From an uncultured Spirochaetota bacterium (lineage in GTDB: Bacteria > Spirochaetota > Spirochaetia > SZUA-6 > Fen-1364), in contig CAWJSK010000019.1 of NCBI GenBank assembly GCA_963845535.1, forward strand, positions 1 to 64,000: a stretch of 64,000 bases of DNA, given 5' to 3'. Within the stretch, counting starts at the first letter, position 1. Each line of letters begins with the position of its first letter. Position numbers and translations under genes: made by a program. Positions 28,739 to 42,721 of this stretch are shown here, in pieces. The notes below the pieces were generated by a model. The model saw nothing but the letters and a program-made list of their open reading frames with translations. It made no database searches and was not told the origin of the DNA.

Positions 28739-29872
28739 ATGAACGTCGCAACACAGGCCGCGCACATCGGAGTGGGCTGGGACACTCTTACGGGTGCAGT
28801 GACGGTCCCGATCTACCAGACGGCAACCTTCAGTCATCCGGGGCTTGGGAAAAGCACGGGATACGACTACAGCAGGTCCAGGAACCCCACCCGGCAAGTG
28901 CTCGAGGACGCCATTGCGCAGCTTGAAGGGGCGAGCCGTGGTTTCGCCTACGCCTCGGGGATGGCTGCAATCACGAGCCTCCTGCTTCTCTTCAAGTCGG
29001 AGGACCACCTTGTCATCACCGAAGACCTGTACGGCGGGACGTATCGATTGTTCGAGCAGTGTTTCAGCCAGTTCGGCCTGAGCTTCACCTATGTGGATAC
29101 CACCGACCTTGAAGCCGTGAAGAATGCTCTGCGTCCGGAGACCCGCGCTCTTTTCATCGAGTCCCTAACCAATCCGCTCCTCAAAGTCACTGACGTTGGC
29201 GCGCTTTCCGCCCTCAGCAACGGCCGCGGGCTTCTCACAATCGTTGACAACACCTTCCTCACGCCCTGTCTCCTTCGGCCGCTGGATCTGGGGGCTGACA
29301 TCACAATGTACAGCGCGACGAAGTACCTTGCAGGCCACAATGACACCATCTGCGGACTGGTGGCCGTGAAAGACCCCGCGCTTGCGGACAAGGTGGCGTT
29401 CCACCAGAACGCGGCAGGAGCGGTGCTTGGTCCGCAGGATTCCTGGCTCACCATCCGCGGGATGAAGACCCTCTCGGTGCGGTTGGAACGGCAGCAGTCC
29501 AACGCAGGCAAGATTGCCCTGTGGCTGAAGCGACATCCGAAAGTGCGAGCCGTGCATTACCCCGGGCTGCCCGACCATCCGGGCCATGAGCTGGCCCTGC
29601 GCCAGGGCAGCGGGTTCGGCGCGATGGTTTCCTTCGAGGTGACGGACCCTCTGCTCGTCGAGCCTCTTCTCGGACGCACGAAGCTCATCACCTTCGCGGA
29701 AAGCCTGGGCGGGGTCGAGACGCTGATCACGTTCCCAGCGGTTCAAACCCACGCCGACATTGACCAGAAGACCCGGGACCGGTTGGGCATCACCTCCGCC
29801 CTGCTGCGGCTCTCCGTAGGGATCGAAGACGCGGAGGACCTGATAGCGGACCTCGAACAGGCGTTGGGGTAG
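28739..29872 (+). CDS. Cystathionine gamma-synthase / PLP trans-sulfuration enzyme
   Basis: PIYQTATF, YSRSRNPTR, VDNTF, SATKYLAGH, ESLGGVE. Confidence 0.92.
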   Translation: MNVATQAAHIGVGWDTLTGAVTVPIYQTATFSHPGLGKSTGYDYSRSRNPTRQVLEDAIAQLEGASRGFAYASGMAAITSLLLLFKSEDHLVITEDLYGGTYRLFEQCFSQFGLSFTYVDTTDLEAVKNALRPETRALFIESLTNPLLKVTDVGALSALSNGRGLLTIVDNTFLTPCLLRPLDLGADITMYSATKYLAGHNDTICGLVAVKDPALADKVAFHQNAAGAVLGPQDSWLTIRGMKTLSVRLERQQSNAGKIALWLKRHPKVRAVHYPGLPDHPGHELALRQGSGFGAMVSFEVTDPLLVEPLLGRTKLITFAESLGGVETLITFPAVQTHADIDQKTRDRLGITSALLRLSVGIEDAEDLIADLEQALG

Positions 29873-29944
29873 CCCGCCTTGGGGCGCGTGGCGGCTGCGG
29901 GTCAGGGGGCCGCGGCTCAGCGGCCGTGCCTCAGGGACCGCGCT

Positions 29945-32584
29945 TCAGCGGCCGCGGTAGCCCAGGCTCACGAGGTTCGCAAATAGCCGGTACGCTCCCG
30001 GCACGCCCGCGGGAAGCTGCCGAAACCACGCGTACGCAGTATAGACGTAGTTCCCCTTCCCCAGCCGGGCATAGACTTCCCCGCCTTTCTGCTCAGGCTC
30101 GCCAGGGTCGTGCGCTTCGAGAAGCGCGACGTAGCGAGGGTCGAAAGAATTGAAAGCGTAGAGGTTGCGGTCCTGCACCCAACCTTCGAAATCCTTTGGG
30201 CTGATGCGGTTGGGCGTCGTGAACGCCGGATGATCGGGAACGAGGATCTTCACCGGCCCGCTTTCATCCGTGACCCGGTCCCCCACGGCGGAAACGGGGA
30301 ATGGCGGGAGCTTTCCGGCCGCGTAGACTCCTTGCTGGTACTGCACGATCAAGGTTCCGCCGGCCCGAACGAAATCGAGGAGCCGCTCGTTTGCGGCCAC
30401 GAAGTCCGGTCTGACCTCGGAGGCGCGGACGCCCACGACGATGACGTCATATCGAGAGAGGTCTCCCGCGGCAAGGGCATCCTCATCCAGCAACGTGACA
30501 TCGAGCCCCATTCGGCGAAGCGCCTCGGGAACGAGATCTCCGCTTCCCATGATGTAGCCGATCTTCACGGGGAGGACCTTGAGATCGACGAGCTGGACCA
30601 GCGCCTGTGCCGGCGCGTACAGCCGATGGGTCTGGATGTGCGGGTAGGAAATGGTCTTCATGGAAAGGTCGAAGCGCCTGGCTCCAGAAGCGGCGACGGC
30701 GTTCAGCGTGTAACGCCCGGGGGAGGCGGCCGTGCTCGGAGTAACGTCGAAGGCGAGCGCGTAGTGTTCGCCCTTTCTGTCGAGGGAGAACGGCAGCGAC
30801 GGCGGAGACACCTTCCATCCGTCTGGGGCGCCTACGGTCACATCGCCTGACACCGCGGTCCGCGAGTTTGACTGGAGCCGTACCACCACGCGCCGGGGCT
30901 TGCCCGCGGCTCCCAGCGGCACGATCTCCAAGGGAGAATCAAAGGATACGGTGAGGGCTGGGACAACATCCACGTTCCGACGCAACTCCCCACGGGCCTG
31001 GTCCACGTAACGGTATTCCAGCGGTTGCGTCAAAGTCACCGCCGCTCCGCCGATCACCGCCTGCACCTCCGCCGTGATCAGGGGTGGGTCAAAAGGCGCT
31101 CCCTTGGCAGAGCCGTCGGGCCACGTGTAGAGGTAGCCTTTGCGCGGCGCCGTGAGCCAGTAGGGTTGCGTGGGCGGAGCGTTTGCAGGGAGCGTCAGCC
31201 GAAAGACATCTTCCCGGTTCGCGGTTTCACGAATCTCGAAAAGGCCGGCTCTCGTGCGCGCGGCCTGACCGGCGGGGACTGACTGGACGCCCCATCCCTC
31301 CGGCGTTCTCAAGGTGACGCCCGTGATCCTGGTCAGGGATGGATCTGAAAGAAAAACCCTTACGGTCGATGAAAACGATTCCCCCGGTGCCGCCGTCTCC
31401 GTGCTTGATACGGCATCAACAACGGTCCCCGACGCTTGCTGGAGCGCCAGGACGGCTTCCTGCTCCTTGCCGGCCAGGAGAAAGTCCGCATCAGCCCTGG
31501 CTTCCGGCGAGCCGCCGACGGTTTTCACCGCCGCGCGAGCAGTTCGGATTGCATTGAGGACAGCGGCAAGGTCCTCCACGGATTTCTCCGGCTCCCTGAT
31601 GTCGAAATCGTTCAACGCTTTGCCCGCAGCTTCATCCAGGGAGGCAAGCTGAGGTGCCAACGCGCCAGCCGGCAAGCCCGCGAGGCTTGCGATTGCCGCA
31701 AGGGAGGTGTCGATACCTTCGAATACGCTTGTCTCCCGGGCTTTCGTTCCGACGGCGGAATCCAAGAGGATGAGGTCCGACTCCACCGGTCCGCGCACTT
31801 CTTCGGTCCCCTGAGCCTGCGATTTGTGCTGGCTCCGGCCCTCCGCGGCAATCTCCGCGTAGCTGCGGCCAAGGAGCGGATCACGCTGACCCGTCTCCAC
31901 TATGGCCGTCGGGCTTTCATCATCTTCCGCTGCCCGGTACAGCTTCAAAGGCCGCCACGGTCTCAAACCTTCGGCCGTCAGCTCAGGGAACTGCGCGGGA
32001 TCACCTGCGGCGCGGTACGCCACTGGGGCGAGCTTTCCTGCAAGCTGGTGATGCCCATGCCCGTCCGCGGGGGTCCCGCTGAATATGGAGTACACCACGA
32101 GGGGGCGGAACTTTCGGATGACGCGCACCATGTCCCGCAGCACTTCCTGGTCTCCCCACAACCGCGAAGCTTCCGCCAGGGTCTTGGAGAAGCCGAAGTC
32201 ATACGCGCGCGTGAAAAACTGCTTTCCGCCATCCAGCGCCCGCGCCTGAAGGAGCTCTTCCGTGCGGATTACCCCGAGTGAGTCGTACAGCTCAGGGCCA
32301 ATGACGTTCTGTCCCCCTTCGCCTCGATTCAGGGAAAGGTAGGCCACGCGGGCGTGGTCACCTCGGGCCGCGCGGGCAATGAACGCGGAGTCCTCATCAT
32401 CAGGGTGCGCGCCAATCAGGAGGACGCTTGCGGTGGTGCGCAGCGCCTGGATCCGCTGGAGCACACCCGCTGCTCCCCTGTCGTAGACGTGGCGGACCTG
32501 GGCATGAACGATGGCGGCCTGTCCGGCAAGCATGAGCAAGGCGATAAACCCCACGCAGGTTTTTTTCAAGCGCGCGCTCTTCAT
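29945..32584 (-). CDS. Secreted PIG-L family deacetylase, multidomain
   Basis: AHPDDED, RGEGGQN, HGHHQ; C-terminal FRQLPAGVPGAYRL. Confidence 0.9.
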   Translation of the reverse strand: MKSARLKKTCVGFIALLMLAGQAAIVHAQVRHVYDRGAAGVLQRIQALRTTASVLLIGAHPDDEDSAFIARAARGDHARVAYLSLNRGEGGQNVIGPELYDSLGVIRTEELLQARALDGGKQFFTRAYDFGFSKTLAEASRLWGDQEVLRDMVRVIRKFRPLVVYSIFSGTPADGHGHHQLAGKLAPVAYRAAGDPAQFPELTAEGLRPWRPLKLYRAAEDDESPTAIVETGQRDPLLGRSYAEIAAEGRSQHKSQAQGTEEVRGPVESDLILLDSAVGTKARETSVFEGIDTSLAAIASLAGLPAGALAPQLASLDEAAGKALNDFDIREPEKSVEDLAAVLNAIRTARAAVKTVGGSPEARADADFLLAGKEQEAVLALQQASGTVVDAVSSTETAAPGESFSSTVRVFLSDPSLTRITGVTLRTPEGWGVQSVPAGQAARTRAGLFEIRETANREDVFRLTLPANAPPTQPYWLTAPRKGYLYTWPDGSAKGAPFDPPLITAEVQAVIGGAAVTLTQPLEYRYVDQARGELRRNVDVVPALTVSFDSPLEIVPLGAAGKPRRVVVRLQSNSRTAVSGDVTVGAPDGWKVSPPSLPFSLDRKGEHYALAFDVTPSTAASPGRYTLNAVAASGARRFDLSMKTISYPHIQTHRLYAPAQALVQLVDLKVLPVKIGYIMGSGDLVPEALRRMGLDVTLLDEDALAAGDLSRYDVIVVGVRASEVRPDFVAANERLLDFVRAGGTLIVQYQQGVYAAGKLPPFPVSAVGDRVTDESGPVKILVPDHPAFTTPNRISPKDFEGWVQDRNLYAFNSFDPRYVALLEAHDPGEPEQKGGEVYARLGKGNYVYTAYAWFRQLPAGVPGAYRLFANLVSLGYRGR

Positions 32585-33321
32585 GATCGTGAACCGTTCA
32601 TCCTTTCGAAAGTCTGCTCCAGTTCTTCCCGGGAGGCCCGGCTCATTTTCTCACTGAAGCCATGGGTGATTTCCGTCTTTCCCTCCTGGAGTTGTTGCGT
32701 TACCGCGGCAACGAACTCCTCCAAGGGGGTACCCGTGGTGTGCAACCCGACGCCGCCGAGATCCGTGCTCACCGCGGGAGGGATGATTTCCACGACCTGG
32801 ATTTTCGTGCGGGCCAAAAGAGGCCGCAGCGCGCGCGTGAAGGAGTGCATGGCGGCTTTTGTGGCGCAATAGATGGGAGCGCTCGCCAGCGGAACGAAGG
32901 CCAGACCAGAGGTCACATTGAGGATGAACGGGTTTGGCGCCTTCTTGAGGGTCTCCAGGAGAAGCACGGTGAGATGGAGGGGAGCTTCCCAGTTGATGGC
33001 AATCTCCTGCTTTGCTCGAGCCCAGAAGTCTGCCTGGTCCAGACCCATGCGCTGCTGGATGCCCGCGTTGTTCACGAGGACGTTCAGCCGGGGATGCTCG
33101 GCTGAAATCCACTGCGCCAGGCGGACTCTTTCAGCCTCTTTGGTAAGGTCGCACGGGTAGGTGACCAGCTCGGGCTGTTTTTTCCGTGCGTCATCCAAGA
33201 CCGCTTTCCTGCGGCCGCACACGATCACCCGGCTCTTTGCCGCCAAAAACTTCTCAGCCAGCCCAAGCCCAATGCCGGATCCCCCGCCTGTGATCAACAC
33301 TTCATTGTTTGCCAGGTTCAC
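32581..33321 (-). CDS. Short-chain dehydrogenase (DltE-like)
   Basis: TGGGSGIG, NNAG, YCATK. Confidence 0.92.
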   Translation of the reverse strand: MNLANNEVLITGGGSGIGLGLAEKFLAAKSRVIVCGRRKAVLDDARKKQPELVTYPCDLTKEAERVRLAQWISAEHPRLNVLVNNAGIQQRMGLDQADFWARAKQEIAINWEAPLHLTVLLLETLKKAPNPFILNVTSGLAFVPLASAPIYCATKAAMHSFTRALRPLLARTKIQVVEIIPPAVSTDLGGVGLHTTGTPLEEFVAAVTQQLQEGKTEITHGFSEKMSRASREELEQTFERMNGSRS

Positions 33322-33438
33322 GGTAGTCTCCCTTTCTAGGTGAAGATATTCGCCGTTCACTCGGATTGCAAAGGAAAATGGCTCTAGCGCGGGAGATCGC
33401 GGCAAACGCCCTTTACTTCAGCGTTCGCCGGCACTATC

Positions 33439-34716
33439 ATGTCGGCTCGAGGAATGAGCCTGGCCGCTTCGCCTTTCTTTGCAAGAATGACATTCGTCAA
33501 GGTCCTCCATCTCGGAATCCTGTGCATCACGTATGGTCTCAGCGCCGCGTTTTTCCGGGCGGCCTCAGCCGGTCAGAGCACGCACGCTTTTTTTCCCGAA
33601 ACCTACTTCGGCTGCATTGCGGCCTCGGCGGCCGTGAGCCTGCTCGCCCTGTTCCTGCGTCCTGGCCTGTGGCTCTATGCAGTCCTGCTTCTGCGGACCT
33701 ACCTCCTCATCGTGTTCGGTTACAGCATCGGCGCATTCCTCTCCTCCCGGCTGGTCCTTGGCGTCGGGCTGATGACGGAAATTGGCGTCCTTGCCGCGTT
33801 TCCCGTCGGACTGGCCATCAGTGCCTGTGCCTTGACCGCGCTTGTCCTCGCGCAGGCCCTCCCGGCCGTCTTCGGCTCCAACAGCCTCGTCGACGTGCTC
33901 GTTTCACCCCCGCCGGACCAGCTCCTTGCGTACTGCTTTGTCCTGGCAGCCTTTGCCGTGGCAGCCTCCCTCCTGGCGCGAATGGCGGCACGCCGTCAGG
34001 AGCAGGAAGAGCTGCTCCGTTTCCAGGAGGCCAACCTCGACACGCTCGCGGAGCTGAACCTCAACCTCCAGGGCTACGCGAGGACCGTGGACGAGGAGTC
34101 CTCGGAGCGGGAGCGCAACCGCATCAGCAGGGAAATCCACGATATCTCGGGCTATATATTCACCAACCTCGTTGCTCTGATGGACGCGGCGGGGAGCATG
34201 CCTCGAAACGACCAGGCCGGGCTGACTGACGTGCTCATCACGGCGCGCAAGACCGCCCAGGAGGGACTGCGGGAGACGCGCCTTGCGCTCCGCAGGCTGC
34301 GCAATGAGCCGCTGCGGGTGAGCAACGCACCGCGCGCCATCTACAAAATCGTTTCCATCTTTCGCAAGATTACCGGCCTCGAGGTGACGCTCAGTCTCGG
34401 CAACCTTCCCAACGCCCTCAGCCAGGAGCTGAGCCTGGCGTTGTACCGCACCGTGCAGGAAGCCCTCACGAACGCCGTGCGCCACGGGAAGGCCTCCCGC
34501 GTCAGGGTGATCTTCCAGGTGGACGGAGAGGAGCTTCGGTTGACAATCACAGACAACGGAAGAGGGGCCTTCGAGGTCGTGAAGGGCATCGGACTTGCGG
34601 GGATGGAAGAGCGCCTGGGCGCCCTGGGGGGGAGCGTCAGCGTCGGACGGGCGCCGGAGGGCGGGTTTTCCGTGGCCGTGCAGGTGCCCATGAAAGTCCC
34701 CACGGATCCAAGGTAG
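33439..34716 (+). CDS. Membrane sensor histidine kinase (HisKA_3)
   Basis: TM helices; ERNRISREIHD, QEALTNAVRHG, DNGRG. Confidence 0.92.
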   Translation: MSARGMSLAASPFFARMTFVKVLHLGILCITYGLSAAFFRAASAGQSTHAFFPETYFGCIAASAAVSLLALFLRPGLWLYAVLLLRTYLLIVFGYSIGAFLSSRLVLGVGLMTEIGVLAAFPVGLAISACALTALVLAQALPAVFGSNSLVDVLVSPPPDQLLAYCFVLAAFAVAASLLARMAARRQEQEELLRFQEANLDTLAELNLNLQGYARTVDEESSERERNRISREIHDISGYIFTNLVALMDAAGSMPRNDQAGLTDVLITARKTAQEGLRETRLALRRLRNEPLRVSNAPRAIYKIVSIFRKITGLEVTLSLGNLPNALSQELSLALYRTVQEALTNAVRHGKASRVRVIFQVDGEELRLTITDNGRGAFEVVKGIGLAGMEERLGALGGSVSVGRAPEGGFSVAVQVPMKVPTDPR

Positions 34717-34733
34717 CGGGAGATTTCAACGTC

Positions 34734-35414
34734 ATGTCAACGTCAATGGAAAAGATCCGACTGCTGATTGTCGACGACCAGGTCCTCTTCCTGGAGAGCC
34801 TTTCCACCTTCCTTCGCAACTATGCGGCGGACATCGACGTGGTGGGACTCGCAAAGAACGGCAGCGAGGCGCTGGAGAAGGCCGCCGCCCTCCATCCGGA
34901 CATCGTCCTCATGGACGTCCACATGCCGGTCATGGACGGGGTGGAGGCAACGGGCAGGCTCCTGGCCTCCCAGCCCGGAGTCCGGATCCTCATCTTGTCC
35001 ACATACGACGAAGACGAGTATGTCCGGCGCGCCTTGAAGCTGGGAGCCGCGGGCTACTTGTTGAAGGACATATCACCGACTGAGCTCATCGCGAGCATCC
35101 GCGCCCTCAAGGGGGGGGCGGTCCAGATTTCGCCCCAGGTGGTGGCAAAGCTCATGCGGAGCGTCCTCAGCGAGGAACCCTCGCCGGCGCGCGAGATCGC
35201 AGGCCGATTGGAGTGGTTTGAAAGTCTTACGCGGCGAGAGCGGGAGGTTTTCACCCTCATCGCCCGAGGCTACGACAACGTGCAGATCGGTGAGGAGCTC
35301 CACATGGCCGAGCATACCGTACGCAACCACGTGAGCATGATCTACTCCAAGCTCGGGGTGCAGGACCGGTTCCAGATCATCCAACTGGCGAACAAGATCC
35401 GCTATCACGAATAG
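34734..35414 (+). CDS. NarL/LuxR family response regulator
   Basis: IVDDQ, MDVHMP, LTRRERE, TVRNH. Confidence 0.95.
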   Translation: MSTSMEKIRLLIVDDQVLFLESLSTFLRNYAADIDVVGLAKNGSEALEKAAALHPDIVLMDVHMPVMDGVEATGRLLASQPGVRILILSTYDEDEYVRRALKLGAAGYLLKDISPTELIASIRALKGGAVQISPQVVAKLMRSVLSEEPSPAREIAGRLEWFESLTRREREVFTLIARGYDNVQIGEELHMAEHTVRNHVSMIYSKLGVQDRFQIIQLANKIRYHE

Positions 35415-35444
35415 ACCGCTTGCGGGCTCGCCTGAGAGCTTGCG

Positions 35445-35490
35445 GGACAAATGTCCTGGATGGACCATTCATCTTCCGTGACATCTGTCT
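35445..35490. promoter_or_regulatory. Two GACA-N2-TGTC palindromes, probable response-regulator sites
   Basis: GGACAAATGTCC and TGACATCTGTCT upstream of the ABC operon. Confidence 0.5.
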
Positions 35491-35571
35491 CTTGTGAATG
35501 AAGCCGGGGTGGTTGCACACTGTCTGGCGCGCCCTTGTGGGTGCCGAACCATTCTCAGAAGGAGGCCTCTC

Positions 35572-36855
35572 GTGAAAAAAGGATTGGTCACAGCGCTTTC
35601 GCTGGTCCTGTTCCTGGCCCTCGTGCCCGTGGTCTTTGCACAGCAGAAGATCACGGTATGGTGCTGGGACCCCAACTTCAACGTCTACGCCATGAAACAG
35701 GCGGCGGCCGTCTATAACAAGACGCACGCCGACGTCACTATCGAAATCGTTGACATGGCGCAGGATATCGAGGCGAAAATCAGCGCCGGCTTGCAGGCGG
35801 GAGGCGCGGGTCTGCCTGACATCGCACTCTTTCAGGATTTCCGCATTGAACAGTTCCTCCATGACTATCCAGACGCGTTCGTTGACTTGAAGGCGGCAGG
35901 TGTTGACTACTCGAAGTTCGCCGCTTACAAGGTTGGACCCATGACCGTTGGCAGCAAGATTTACGGCATCCCGTTCGACACCGGCTCCACCGGTCTGTGG
36001 CTGCGCACGGATTACCTCAAGGCTGCCGGGTTCAATCCGGACAGATACATGGGGAAGAAATTGACGTGGTCGGAGGTTATAAAGCTCGGGGTCGCGGTAA
36101 AGGCCAAGACAACCAAACCTCTGCTTGCCTATCAGAGTGACAACTTCGACATGCTGCGCATTGTGGTGCAATCCACCGGCGGGCAGTTCTTCAAGCCTGA
36201 TGGGTCCCTCAACCTGCGTAGCGTGGCCTTTGAGAAATCCGTTGGCCTGTTCAAGGAGCTCAACGACAAGGGCCTTCTGTACAGCGTGGTCGGTTGGAGT
36301 GACTGGGTCAACGCCATCAACAGTGACCAGAGCGCGGGCTTCCTCAACGCCATCTGGATGGTCGGCACCGTGAAATCAAGGCCGGAGAACGCCGGCAAGT
36401 ACATGATCATACCCACACCGCGGATCGAGGGAGTGCCAGGCGCTGCCAACGCCTCCAACAACGGCGGCTCAAGCTGGTACGTCTTCTCCTCCAGCCCCAA
36501 TAAGGCGCTGGCCGTGGACTTCCTGAAGTCCGTCTGGGCAACCGCCACGCCGGACACGCTGGCCTTCTACAACACCATCCTCAAAGGCGCCGGCGCCATG
36601 GGGACCTTCCTCCCCAGCCAGAGCGGCTCCAACTACACGGCGCGGGACGAGTTCTTCTACAAGAGCCAGCCCATCTACAAGGACTTCGCCACATGGATGG
36701 CGAAGGTCCCCGTGCTCAAGTACACGCCGAACTACGTGCCCATGCGTGACGCTGTTGCGCACGCCTTGCTGAACTATTTCCAGGGCAAGCTGACGAGCGT
36801 GGATGACACCATCGCCGCGGCCGAAGCCGAGTACAAGCAGGTCATGGGGCAGTAG
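35572..36855 (+). CDS. Sugar ABC transporter substrate-binding protein
   Basis: RBS AAGGAGG, signal peptide, TVWCWD, LPDI, GGSSW. Confidence 0.9.
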   Translation: MKKGLVTALSLVLFLALVPVVFAQQKITVWCWDPNFNVYAMKQAAAVYNKTHADVTIEIVDMAQDIEAKISAGLQAGGAGLPDIALFQDFRIEQFLHDYPDAFVDLKAAGVDYSKFAAYKVGPMTVGSKIYGIPFDTGSTGLWLRTDYLKAAGFNPDRYMGKKLTWSEVIKLGVAVKAKTTKPLLAYQSDNFDMLRIVVQSTGGQFFKPDGSLNLRSVAFEKSVGLFKELNDKGLLYSVVGWSDWVNAINSDQSAGFLNAIWMVGTVKSRPENAGKYMIIPTPRIEGVPGAANASNNGGSSWYVFSSSPNKALAVDFLKSVWATATPDTLAFYNTILKGAGAMGTFLPSQSGSNYTARDEFFYKSQPIYKDFATWMAKVPVLKYTPNYVPMRDAVAHALLNYFQGKLTSVDDTIAAAEAEYKQVMGQ

Positions 36856-36876
36856 ACCCAATCAGCTTTTTCCAGC

Positions 36877-36923
36877 GGCTTCCGTTTCCGCCCGGATCTC
36901 CCGGGCGGGGCGGAAGCCTTTTT
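36877..36923 (+). terminator. GC-rich hairpin with T run after the SBP gene
   Basis: GGCTTCCG..CCCGG/CCGGG..CGGAAGCC-TTTTT. Confidence 0.65.
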
Positions 36924-36950
36924 GTAAAGCAGGTCCGTCAGGAGCAAGCC

Positions 36951-37847
36951 GTGACACAACGTGGAGACTACGAACGATACCTCAATAGATTCGGATGGTT
37001 CTGCGTGGCCCCATCCGTGCTTTTCTTCTCCGTCTTCATGGCCTATCCCATCCTCTCGTCGCTGTACTACGTGACACGTCGATGGAAGGGAATGTCGAAC
37101 AGCTTCATCGGCCTGGGCAATTTTGTCCGCATGGCCCGTGACAACGTCTTCCAGTCCGCCCTGGCGCACAATTTCATTTTCATGGTCATCCAGGTCCCCA
37201 TCATGATCTTCCTCGCCTTGCTGCTCGCGGTTCTCCTGAACCAGGGCATCAGGCGTTTCCGCGGCGCGTTGCGCCTGGCAATCTTCCTGCCCAGCGTCAC
37301 TTCGCTGGTAGTGGTGTCAGTGCTGTTTCGCGTTCTCCTTCAGACCAACGGCTTTCTCAACAACGTGCTCTTGAGCGGGCACGTCATCAGCTCCCCCATT
37401 GGCTGGCTCAACAACGCGTTCTGGGCCAAGGTGACCATCATGCTGGCCCTCACCTGGAGATGGACGGGCTACAACATGGTCTTCTTCCTCGTGGGTTTGC
37501 AGAGCCTCGACACGCAGATCTTCGAGGCTGCGGAGGTGGACGGCGCCTCCAAGGCCCGGCAGTTTTTCACCATCACGGTTCCGCTTCTTGTCCCCATCAT
37601 TCTTTTTTCCGCGGTGACCTCCACGAGCGGCACCATGCAGCTCATTGACGAGCCCAACATCCTCACGTTCCAGGGAGGTCCGGCGAATGAAACAATGACG
37701 GCGGCTCTCTACATCTATCGTCAAGCCTTCTTCATCAACTTCGACTTCGGATACGCAACCGCGATGTCGTACGTCGTGGTGGTCATCTCCGGAATCCTGG
37801 CCTTCATCCAGCTTCGACTCCTGGGCGGAGAAAGGAGCGCAAAATGA
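36951..37847 (+). CDS. Carbohydrate ABC permease
   Basis: EAAEVDGAS loop; TM helices. Confidence 0.92.
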   Translation: MTQRGDYERYLNRFGWFCVAPSVLFFSVFMAYPILSSLYYVTRRWKGMSNSFIGLGNFVRMARDNVFQSALAHNFIFMVIQVPIMIFLALLLAVLLNQGIRRFRGALRLAIFLPSVTSLVVVSVLFRVLLQTNGFLNNVLLSGHVISSPIGWLNNAFWAKVTIMLALTWRWTGYNMVFFLVGLQSLDTQIFEAAEVDGASKARQFFTITVPLLVPIILFSAVTSTSGTMQLIDEPNILTFQGGPANETMTAALYIYRQAFFINFDFGYATAMSYVVVVISGILAFIQLRLLGGERSAK

Positions 37848-38665
37848 CCGTTGTCAACAAGTGGTCGCCGGGCCGCGCGCTCATGTGGCTCTTGCTGCTC
37901 GCCTGCGCGGTGGTGAGCCTGTTCCCGTTCTACTGGATGCTCAACGGCACGACGCTGAATCCGAATGACGTTCTTCGCGGCATCCTGGTTCCGGGAGGGG
38001 ATTTCGCGTCCAACTGGAAGCAGGCCACGACGGCCTACAATCTGCCCCTTTTCTTCACGAACTCGCTCCTGATTGCGCTGATCACCGTCATCTTCGGCGT
38101 CGGGATCAACGCCATGGCCGCGTTTGGCTTCGAGAAGTACCGCTCTCGGGCCAGAGACCGGGTGTTCGGGATCCTCCTCCTGACGCTCATCCTTCCGCAG
38201 ATCGCCATCGTGGTCCCCATGTTCAAGCTCTTCAGCTTTTTTCACCTGCTCAACACGCGCACGGCGATTGTCCTGCCTTCCATCATGTCGGTGTTCATCA
38301 TTTTTTTCCTGCGCCAGAACTTCAAGCTGTTCCCCACGGAGATCATGGAAGCGGCACGCGTGGACGGGGCCAGCGAGCTGAGCATTTTGGTGCGCATCGT
38401 GACACCCTCAATGCGAGCGAGCTTTGCCTCGGCGGCCATCTACATGTTCATAGCGCAATGGAACTCCTACCTGTGGCCGCTCATCACCATCCTCAAGGAC
38501 ACGATGAAGACCTTGCCCATCGCGATGTCCTCAATCATGAACGCGTATACCATCCAGTACGGCGCCCTCATGGTTGTCGTCTGCGTATCCACGCTGCCCG
38601 TGCTCATTCTTTTCCTGACCATGCAGAAGCAGTTCGTCGCGGGCCTGCTGGGGTCCGTAAAGTAA
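37844..38665 (+). CDS. Carbohydrate ABC permease
   Basis: EAARVDGAS, WNSYLWP. Confidence 0.92.
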   Translation: MTVVNKWSPGRALMWLLLLACAVVSLFPFYWMLNGTTLNPNDVLRGILVPGGDFASNWKQATTAYNLPLFFTNSLLIALITVIFGVGINAMAAFGFEKYRSRARDRVFGILLLTLILPQIAIVVPMFKLFSFFHLLNTRTAIVLPSIMSVFIIFFLRQNFKLFPTEIMEAARVDGASELSILVRIVTPSMRASFASAAIYMFIAQWNSYLWPLITILKDTMKTLPIAMSSIMNAYTIQYGALMVVVCVSTLPVLILFLTMQKQFVAGLLGSVK

Positions 38666-38699
38666 TGTCTGAGGAGGTCCGAGCTGCACGGGGTACGGC

Positions 38700-42063
<3,364 letters not shown>

Positions 42064-42087
42064 CGTGCCTCTCCCGTCAGGAATTAC

Positions 42088-42699
42088 CTACGGTTCGATG
42101 CCGAGTACGACCAGCGGAACGGCAGGAACGCCTCTTCCTTGCCGAAGGACATTGTATACTTCCCCCTCGTAGTACGGGACGCCGGAGCTCATCTCCGACT
42201 GCAGCGATTTCATGGGGAGTATCTCAATCCCGACGTCGATGTGGTCCCCGATATAGAAGGCAAGATGCTTTACAAAAAGGTCGTACGCAACGAAGGCGTA
42301 CTTCCCAAACTGCACTTCGATGGCAACACGATCCTTCACGAAGTCAGTCTGATTGTAGCTGAAGATTGGCGCCTCTCCCGCAGCGATAATTTCCTGCTTT
42401 TGCTGATCGGGAGGGAGCGTCAACGTCTTACGGATAAGCTTCTCGCTCTTCGTAACCCAATAGCTGACCCTGCTCTCTCCCCAACCCAGCTTGCTTAACA
42501 GCTGGTTAAAAGCGTTGTTCATATCCACTGGACTGAACAGCATCTTCCCTTTCATTGTTTTTTCTTTTGAGACCTTTGTCTTGCACTTCGCGGCATCCAC
42601 TCTTGAGATTACGCTTTTGATTTCCTGCCAGAGAGTGGCTTTGTGAACAAGGAGATATTCAAGCCCGTTCAGGTGAGAATAAGTCTCCGCAATCTTCAT
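42088..42699 (-). CDS. BglII/BstYI-family type II restriction endonuclease
   Basis: YSHLNG, QTDFVKDRVAIEVQFGKY, DVGIEI. Confidence 0.88.
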   Translation of the reverse strand: MKIAETYSHLNGLEYLLVHKATLWQEIKSVISRVDAAKCKTKVSKEKTMKGKMLFSPVDMNNAFNQLLSKLGWGESRVSYWVTKSEKLIRKTLTLPPDQQKQEIIAAGEAPIFSYNQTDFVKDRVAIEVQFGKYAFVAYDLFVKHLAFYIGDHIDVGIEILPMKSLQSEMSSGVPYYEGEVYNVLRQGRGVPAVPLVVLGIEP

Positions 42700-42721
42700 C
42701 CTCTGTGTAAAACAACTTCCA

